Shown piece by piece: positions 7,301 to 15,400 of a DNA stretch of 20,000 nucleotides. The position numbers and the translations under genes are program-made. The notes beneath the pieces were generated by a model. The model was not told the origin of the DNA and ran no database searches. It worked only from the letters and a program-made list of their open reading frames with translations. Origin of the DNA: an uncultured virus (IMG/VR IMGVR_UViG_3300010370_000031). Taxonomy: Duplodnaviria; Heunggongvirae; Uroviricota; Caudoviricetes. Every line of letters starts with the position of its first letter. The first letter of the stretch is position 1. The DNA lies in the IMG/VR virus record IMGVR_UViG_3300010370_000031. One strand, written 5' to 3'.

Positions 7301-9269
7301 ATCCGATGGATCCGAATACAATCTGAGTAAATGCATCAACAACCATTGATTCTAATGGACTGTTGCTATCTAATTGAGCACCGTCAGCTAAAAGACCACC
7401 TGCTCTAGTTTTAGCAGCATCGTAAGTTCTTGTTATCGGGTTATATGATACTTTACCTAATTTTGAAATACAAGAGCAGTTTTGTGTATATGGTGATAAG
7501 AAAATTCTTTCTTTCGGTGGAATAATTTTATATGTTGATAGTAATTTACCTTGTCCAGCAGGAATAATAGCACTTAACAACAACTCATCATTAGCACTAA
7601 TACTATTAACTGTGTAAATATTATTACCAATTTGAATTCTCCAACCAACTTGAATTTCATCTAAAAATCTAGTTGATAAATTACCAGTGACAATAGCACT
7701 ACCAACTGTTAAATTAATTCTTCCTTTTCCTTTTACGCCACTTTGCTCTGGATATGCTACTGCATATCTCCATGTGAATCCATCTTGAGATACTACAGCA
7801 CCAGTGATATGTTTTTTAGCAGTAGTTGCTACCCCCGTGATTGGATCTGGTTGTCCTCTAACTACAGTAAATTCTCCAGTAGTGGTGTTAAAAGTAACTA
7901 CTTTCATCCACTCTTGGTCTACTAAGATAAAACCAGGACCAGGACGATACGCAGGAATATCAGCACCTTGGATAATAGATGTTACAATATTTACCAAAGT
8001 ATCGATAGTATTCTGCACTTTAGTGCATTCTGGATATCCAGAAAGATCTTGAATGACCGCTGGATATCCAGCCGCTTCAAATCCAGATGGAACTGTTAGA
8101 ATTTTTTGTTTTGCATGATAAGCAACTCTTTCAAAAGTATAAATTAATTCTACTTCTTCTCCAGAAACATCACTAATTAAAAATCCATCAGCATCTAGAT
8201 ATGCTTCGCCATTTTTAACAGATTTTACATTTCCTCCGCTTCTTAAGTCGGCAACCAAACCATCAATAATATATCCAATATCTCTGCGGCAAATAGTTTC
8301 ATTATAATCTGGATTTGAAATTAAAGCAGGAAATTGAGCAAGCAAATCTGCAATAACTAAATTAGTAATAGCAGTTTTTTGAAACTCAATTAAATTTGAT
8401 CCATCAAAATAAATTCCAGGCACTCTGGAAAGAGTATGTCCAGGTAATACTCTAAAAGTCGTATCAGTTGCTGATAAAGTTCTATTGTCAGATTGTTCAG
8501 TTTCTAGAAATCCTTTACCACCCAGGAAGTTATCTTCAAATACCATGTAGTTGACATAACAACCAGAGGTAACCCAAAAAATATCTCTACCTTCATTTTT
8601 TGGAATTACGATAGTTTCTCTTAAGTTATCACCTACAATAGAAGTTCCCTTTGGTAAGTAAATAGGATTTTCTTCGTAGTATGTGCCAGTAGAAACTCTG
8701 ATGGTAGTATTACCATCTAATGCTGCCGCTGCTCTAGCTGCAGCTCTAATCGTCTTGAATGCTTTTGAAGGACTTTTTCCAGACTTGGAATCGTTACCAT
8801 CTGTTTTTACATATAAAACATTGGTATATTCTGCATCACCTAAAGAAGTTGGAGTGCCCCACCCACCAACTGTTTTTGGTCCATATAATTCTTTAGTGGC
8901 ACTATTATAATAATAATCATTGAGCTTTCCTTGTGTGCTCAATGGTGCAACAACTCCTGATAAAATTTGCTCAGAAATAGAAATAGTTGATGCAGGCCAA
9001 GACCCATTAGTTTTGGGTCCGTATAAATCTTTTTTGAGTGTATCTAAGTAAAAATCTCCATTAGCACCATCAGCTGATGTTGGGGGAAGAGTGCCACTCA
9101 ATAATGATCCGCCATCATCTCCAGCTAAAGAAATTTGGTTAATAGCAGCAACTAGATTAGGTAATCCACTAGCAAGTTGGCTAATGTCTCCTACATCATT
9201 GGCAAGAGAATTAATCTCCTGTCTCTGTTGCTCAAAGGTATAACTTTTGGGAACGTTTCTGATTGCCAT
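4329..9269 (-). CDS. Large mosaic tail fibre/spike structural protein (pectin-lyase-like beta-helix, degenerate cupredoxin-like domain, conserved C-terminal beta domain)
   Basis: 1646 aa. Cyanophage-type N-terminus MAIRNVPKSYTFEQQRQEIN; beta-helix cap VLYVKTDGNDSKSGKSPSKAFKTIRAA...GTYYEENP...IVGDNLR; motifs SPYTQNCS, SMVVDAFTQ, ITNSATNFG, GHTFEYVGSG, VLPTQKAVRDYI; C-terminal TAKYLIQI...TEIMLLNDGTDVYLSEYS...FSADISGGNVRL. Confidence 0.85.
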   Translation of the reverse strand: MAIRNVPKSYTFEQQRQEINSLANDVGDISQLASGLPNLVAAINQISLAGDDGGSLLSGTLPPTSADGANGDFYLDTLKKDLYGPKTNGSWPASTISISEQILSGVVAPLSTQGKLNDYYYNSATKELYGPKTVGGWGTPTSLGDAEYTNVLYVKTDGNDSKSGKSPSKAFKTIRAAARAAAALDGNTTIRVSTGTYYEENPIYLPKGTSIVGDNLRETIVIPKNEGRDIFWVTSGCYVNYMVFEDNFLGGKGFLETEQSDNRTLSATDTTFRVLPGHTLSRVPGIYFDGSNLIEFQKTAITNLVIADLLAQFPALISNPDYNETICRRDIGYIIDGLVADLRSGGNVKSVKNGEAYLDADGFLISDVSGEEVELIYTFERVAYHAKQKILTVPSGFEAAGYPAVIQDLSGYPECTKVQNTIDTLVNIVTSIIQGADIPAYRPGPGFILVDQEWMKVVTFNTTTGEFTVVRGQPDPITGVATTAKKHITGAVVSQDGFTWRYAVAYPEQSGVKGKGRINLTVGSAIVTGNLSTRFLDEIQVGWRIQIGNNIYTVNSISANDELLLSAIIPAGQGKLLSTYKIIPPKERIFLSPYTQNCSCISKLGKVSYNPITRTYDAAKTRAGGLLADGAQLDSNSPLESMVVDAFTQIVFGSIGFHMKNDAYTQLVSVFQVFEAVGVLCESGGYASITNSATNFGDEGLKAVGFSDNVLPIFSSGQVSSVQNITKTDVNQTPSNIIGTIFTSAAGGTKVRASIEVSIIDIGKFERGQAVTISNHTSTPSINGAGKVIDTVDFQTNRISILLDIPWNESYSNTPGSSTGEITIATGAVYTRLTVTGFQAPPIPNFVIKIPGLGLDPNGNEQVVGEILSYVEGNNTQFTTNFPLTNAQVAAIPNNAQIQLFSPSTVNSSGHTFEYVGSGINYTAFPQNGGITVTAAQNVEVDSGKCYVSATDQSGNFSVGPFFNVDLRSGKVSFSGSVALGVLDSLQLKGSPGVPIFKFSPDDNLGGAVNTAHTVLPTQKAVRDYINKSSVLGNFVGLNKGTSSIPGLIVQLDSNGKIDVSQLPQSQQFVVYTIETEAERLQEYIPISIKTLVSNTNTTITLNNVVNLRDGLRVVGAGIPSNTRIVVGGIDTTTNTITVDQTLPPLTVGASLSFLGSALKAGDIAIQKNEIDGDPNTVLQTWILSQLPATDPDNWELLSLNQLDAAAIVSGILSPSRLGTGIANEDSYLSGISKFTPVVKGILPPQNSAVTVAGSREIIKKTGTPKNISSASWNSTTNKITFNTSVTHLLNTGDAVEVEGIIPDSFNGTYIITLIDSDTFTVDKSTNPGSYISGGQVTLGQIQESGFVELDVASASYSSGQTSGSSSLGVARYKYSLFDINQQNVIDLREKGITLGKIQNIGSRTLLGNPGLLPANPSEIQIGIGVSGVPTFQVTKESNKYKILDVNISQDLGVLPDLQLLPGKEYVFDLGDITGHPFNIVTSPGAIGANLYSTGVIGNGNTSNSIVRFTVPQNAPPFLYYQSGNDTQNYGVIKIVRILDNLEVIDSISSSTITLDQFGASSVNTAKYLIQIKNTVNNYIHSTEIMLLNDGTDVYLSEYSTIFNNKLLGTFSADISGGNVRLRYTPAADQNDYLNRLIIQKNYVIS
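8856..9104 (-). repeat. Two tandem ~37-aa protein repeats (LSG..P...G...D[FY]Y.....K.LYGPKT.G.W)
   Basis: Residues 56-92 LLSGTLPPTSADGANGDFYLDTLKKDLYGPKTNGSWP and residues 102-138 ILSGVVAPLSTQGKLNDYYYNSATKELYGPKTVGGWG of the 1646-aa protein. Confidence 0.85.
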
Positions 9270-9481
9270 TACTTACCAGCTATTTCTCTTAAAAGATTTT
9301 TGATTTCCGATAATTCACTTTTTAGCGTTTCTACATCACTTTGTAATCCTCTGATTATTCCGCTAGCAGATTTAGCTTGTTTAGTATTATCGAATAAGTT
9401 TTTATCTGTATTTATGATGGCACCAGTGGAGTTATCACGATATAACTCTTCGTGACCATATACTTTTGAATAATTATTCAT
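9269..9481 (-). CDS. Conserved cyanophage small protein downstream of the VrlC-like gene (C-terminal coiled coil)
   Basis: 70 aa, KVYGHEELYRDNSTGAIIN...LKSELSEIKNLL. It overlaps both neighbours by 1 nt (TGATG at 9479-9483, TAATG at 9267-9271). Confidence 0.8.
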   Translation of the reverse strand: MNNYSKVYGHEELYRDNSTGAIINTDKNLFDNTKQAKSASGIIRGLQSDVETLKSELSEIKNLLREIAGK

Positions 9482-12400
9482 CAGAAAGCCGCTACAATTC
9501 TAGCGTCTTGAATTTTTGGTATATAACAAGGATTAGATGCTTTCATTACAATTTTGATAGCAAAAGATGAAAATTCTGTCAAATTAGAAACACTGTATTT
9601 GTGCTCTTTGTATGAAGATTGATCTTCAAATAAACCAGCAATAGCAATTTCGTTAGATGGAGCAACATCGATATCTGGTCCACCATTTTTATTAAATGGT
9701 ATCCACTCAATATCATCAAAAACACTTTGGGAATTAACAGCTTTAGTTTTATAATAAACTTCTACATCATCTTGACTTGCTAAATTAGCTGTTAATCTAA
9801 CATCAATACTTGTTGCTGCATTTGCTAAACTAATTTCTTTTGTAAGATACTTAGCAAGAGCAGATGTATTTTTGGGATTTATATCGGAAATATAAAGAAT
9901 TCCAGGTGAATATGATATCGAAGACACTTCTATAAATCCAGGAACCGATTCATTAGTATCAGTTTGATTTTGTGGCGCAATATTTTGATGCCATAGTTTA
10001 TCATAAACACGAATTATATCTGGTTGTTGATTGGCACCGTTATTTGCTGAAGATCTTCCATATGTTGTGCCTTCAGCAAAAGAAGTATAATCTCCGTTTA
10101 TAGGTGATTTTTCTTCTAAAATTTTTAATTCTTTGGTAATTGGATCCCAAGAAATTATTTTGGCATAAATTTTATTATTAAATCTATTTACTAAATCTTG
10201 GCGATATACTTCGACGTTAGTATTTGGAGTAAATATAGGTAAAACTTCAGTTATACCATTAATTGATACAAATGCTCCAGAAAGATTTTGCACTCCAAAT
10301 GTAAGAGTTTCTCCTGCTTGATATAATCCACTATTTTTAATTTTTACATAAATTGTATTTGAAGAAACTTTAATAATTTCTCCTCTTGTATTAGTGGTGT
10401 TTCCTACAACACTTTGTCCTATAGTTGGTAAAATTGCTTGGCCTTGAGAATTTGAAGGTAAATTACTGACTTGGAATTTATAAACTGGGTAGAATCTTAA
10501 ATATTTGTATCTTCTTCCATATCTAGTTTCAGATCCGTATCCTTTATCAACAAAAGAAGAAATAGTTTTTACAGATGAAGATCTTAAATCAATCAATGGG
10601 GAAAGATTATCAACTGGAGTGCTAAACGATAATTTATATACTAATGATTTCTTAGCATCTGTCCAAGTAGATCCATTTTTGATTTCATTGAAACTGGATG
10701 CAATTACTTTTTGATTAGTGAAATAATGCTCTTCGTTTATAAATGTAGTTTCATAAGAAGATTGACTATATGATAAGTAATTTTCTCCTCTACTATCAAC
10801 AGGAATTATATTAGTTGTTTTTACTTGAGCATCAAAAGGAGTATTTGCGAAAGAAAGATATCCGATTTGTGGATATAATTTTTCGTATTTTCTATTATAA
10901 GATGCTAAAATTTTATTTCCACCACCCATAGTAGTTGATCCAGCACCAAGATTTGATGTTATATTATAATATTCTAAACCAGCATTACTTACTTGGAATA
11001 AATTAGAATTGAAATATTCTCCATCAATTCCACCAGTAGTTTCAACTTGTTTAAAAGTCACGTAAGATTTTCCAGAATCTTCAAAACCATTGTTGGGATG
11101 AATGATTCTGACAATTTTATTATTATTTTTAAATAATGATGAAGTCGCAGAATCATTTGATGAGGAATCGGTTTCAATTGTGTTTGTATCTAATAATTCA
11201 TAACCAAGATTCTCATTCGTTAATTTTACAGTAGCATTTGTATTAGTTGTAAATACTGCTCTATAAAGAGTAAATTTAATATCTTGACTTAAATCTTCAA
11301 CCCAAGAATCTACATTTTGTGATTTAAATACAGAGCCTAGCAGAGGTTGTTGAGTAACTACCTGTGCTGTTGCAACATCTGTTTCTCCTAGACGAGAAGA
11401 CCATAAAGAATAATTAATTGAATCTGTTTCAATTGCTAATGCATAATCAGTATTATTTTGTAAATATACTGGATGATCAAATACAAATTTTGTTGGTGAA
11501 ATAGATTTGGAAATAACACCATTATTAGGATCTACTGATACACCCATTCTAACAGCAGGTGTATCTATTTCTAAAACTGGTATGATTACTGCTTCTCTAC
11601 TAATAGATCCATTGGGTCTTAAAATAATAGATGGTGTGTCTGTATATCCAGATCCAGCAAGAAGAATATTTGCTTCAAATACCTCTCCATTTGAAATAGA
11701 AACGTTTCCAAGTGCATTACTACCACCTGGGAGCTGAGGACTTTGAATAATCAAAGTAGCGGAATCATATCCTTCTCCATAATCAACAACATCAAGTCTG
11801 ACTATTTTCCCAGAATTCTTACATATACTTACAGTGAGTTGAGTATTATTTAATGCATTTTTATTAATTAAACTTGGAATGTTTAATAACTCTGTTTCTT
11901 TGAAAGAATTCCCAGTTAAACTAGTGTAATTTGATAATACTACTATATAGACTTGAGAATTTGTTAAAGAAACTGTCTTTTGTAGAGTTGGAGTTAATGT
12001 GTTGCCATTATTGTCAATTACTTGACTAACAATACCACTCACACCAGATTCTGCTCCAGAAATTGTTTCTCCAATTGTTAAATCTAAGGTGCCGCTAGCA
12101 ACAACTCTCAAATATGTATTTGGGTCTTTGACAACTTCTGTGCCTGGAATAATATAATTTCCTGGTTTTCCAGTGTTTGTATCTGTTAAATATACTCTGA
12201 TTGGAAGAGTGTCACTCTTAGAAGAGAAGAATAAATCTAATTCTGTTACAAATATACCTCCTTCAAAATTTTCAACTCTAAAAGTTTGTGATAGAGGGCT
12301 TGGTTTAGATTCTGTAGATGCTTTATCAATAAATTGAATGCCTTCTGCTGCCTTTAAGAAAGATGGTACTGTTGAAATAATAGAAGATGGTTGTACTGGA

Positions 12401-15400
12401 AATACTCCTGTGGGATAATATTTACACTCTGCATAACTAGTAACTTCATCTGATGATACATTTACATCAGCACTGCTAGTAGTAAATCTGAGTGTTTTAA
12501 TTCCTGTAGTTAAATTCAGTTTGGGAGCACTCTCTCCTGTATCGTATGATACAGTGTTAATATCTCCAGTCCACGAAGCATTTTGCACTGGCGCAGCACC
12601 TGCGGGGAAAATAAAAATTCCACTAGCATTACCACTAGAATCTGAAGTAATGGCAAAACCACCTTCGTTTGCTCCAAAAGCACCAACAGAATTGCCTGCA
12701 ATGCCAGTAAATCTAGTATCTTGAGCAATCCATCTACTTACATTTCTTCCATCAACAAAAGCGTAAAAACGTGTATTAGGTCTCAATCTCCTAGCAATAA
12801 ATTTAATTGCTCTGGATCTAGCATATAATTGCACAGAAGAAGAAACTACTTTGCTACCATTACTTACAGTTTGGATGCCTTTTCCAATTTCGTTATTTTG
12901 TGGACTAATATTAGAACTAGTAGCCACAGTTGCATTTGCAACAGTTGTATTTGTATTTGATGTTACCTGACTTAAAGAACTGACATTATAAAAAGTTCTA
13001 TTTGTTCCTAACCATGAGGTTAGATAAAAATTATTTAAACTAGAATATCCTTCTCTAGCATCAGATTTAGAAAGAAAAACAGAAAATACTTTAGTATCGT
13101 TATTTAATACAGATGGTTCGATACTATCATCAAACCAATGATCGATATTAGGACTGATATTTATATCACCAACATATTGAACCACTACAAATGGATTTGG
13201 ATTAATTTCTCCACCAGTGGTAGCGAATTTATTCTGTACTACCGATTGACTTGCATATGGAAGAGTAATAACTTCTCCCGTTCTTTTATAACCATCTGTA
13301 GTTCTTTGTTGTTGAGTCGTGTTATATTCAACTAAAGAATAAGATTTTTCTACGGTTTTTGGTCTCAGAATAGATTGTTGGGTGTCAATTGCACACTTAT
13401 AATCTAAAGCAGATAAATTACCAACTCCATGATTTTCAAAACTATCGACAATAATACCAGACTTAAATCTATCTAAACCAATATCATCTTTGATTTGCAT
13501 ATTAAAAGTCTGCTGCTCTAGAATACTCATAGTAGTGTAGTATTCTAATCTTTCAATTCTCTTTTCTAATTTTCCAATATCACGCATTGTGTAGCGTCTA
13601 TTATCTACCGCAGTGATTCTAACATCTTTTGTGCTGGTAGTATAAGCAGGTAAAAATAGGTAGTATAATGCTACTGCATCATCTGGAGTTTCTGGTTTAG
13701 ACGGATTAAGAGAAGAGTTGCCTTTCTTGACAATAAATTCTCCTTTTTTATTTAAGAATATACCATCAATTCTATCTAGATACTGTTTACTATTAAAAAT
13801 CACACTAGATTCTACATTTTCTTCGTGCGCTGGTGTTGCACAAGGAATACCTCCAGATCCATTAAACCCAATGGTTTCTCCAGAGAGAAGCAAGGTTTTA
13901 TTTTGGAAACCAGTAATAATAGTATTTACATCTACTTTTGGTCTAAAATCAATTACATCTCGTAAAGAAACTTTTCCTAGAATTGGGGAATTGAATGATG
14001 GGATATCCTCTACTGGTGTGCCAGTTAAGGTATATGAATCCACACAAGCAAAGTCACCTTGAGAATGCTCAAAGTAATTAAAAACTATTACTAATTGCCC
14101 AACAGGAGGTTCGTATCCTGGTTTTAAAACTAATCTAGCAACATCTAAAAATGTGTCTCTTTGACCATCATCAAAGGTGAAATGATCGGTGATATCAAAT
14201 CCATCAATTACATTATTTTGATCATCTAAAACTGGTGGTGTCGTTGTAGATCCTTCAAAAACTTTAATATCATTACCATATGTGCCAAAAGCATCTGCAT
14301 ATGAAATAACATCTGCTGTTTGCTCATCATAATCATATCCCCTCAAAGGAATAACTTTGTCACCAGAGGTTACCACTACAATTCTTTTATTTCTTACAGC
14401 ATTTTTTGTGCGAGGAGATGCTTTATCAATTTCAATAGTTGCAGTTAATTTTAATACTACATTAGATGCAGACGACGCATCATTTCTGAAAACAAGATTA
14501 TCTAATGTGATCGCTATTCCACCTGTTGTTAATGTAGCAACTTGATTTGGAGTGATATACATTATATCACCATTTTGTAAACCAGTATTTGAATTTCCTT
14601 TATCCAAAACTGTGAGAATAAAATTACTTTCGGTAAATCCAATAAATCTTTGTGTGCCAAAACGCAAAGTAGCTGAGAAAGTAATTGTTCCTCCTGAAGT
14701 AGACGAAGTAGTAATAAAATCTCTCCTCACATAATATTTAATTTTGCTATCATCGCTGCTGGAAATTAAACTTTCTGGATTTCTAAAACCAACTGGATAT
14801 AGTAAGGAAGGATTTTGTGGACTTACAATTTTAGTTCTTTTTCTTACAATTACCTGATTATTAACATCTGCTTTTAATGCAGTATCTAAGTATATAATAC
14901 TCCTTGATAATCCAGAAGGAGCAAATACAGATTCTACAATATTTCTACGAATTATATTATTTGAATCAATAAATTGAATAATATCCCCAGCAATTAATTC
15001 ATTTTCTGCATTTCCAGAGAAATTTAAACAAGTTAAATATTTTCTCCCTGCAATACCAGAAAAAGTTACATTAGTTACATTTTTACTCGTTGAATAATCA
15101 TTTGTGAACGCTTCAATATCTGCAGTAAATTTATTAGCTCCATTACTACCAAATTCTGAATAGAAAGATTTAATATTTTCGTTAGTATATGTAGTAATCG
15201 TGTTTTTAAATAAAACTGCTTTTACTACTGCTGTTTGAGTAGGAACGTTTCCACTATCGGAATTAACTACAACTGATGGTGGATTTACATATTGCTGATT
15301 TAATAAATTTCTATCAACAATTGATACAGATACTACTTTGCCAGAAATTAATAATGGTCTTACAACAGAAGAATCAATTGCTTTCCCATCTATCGAAGTT

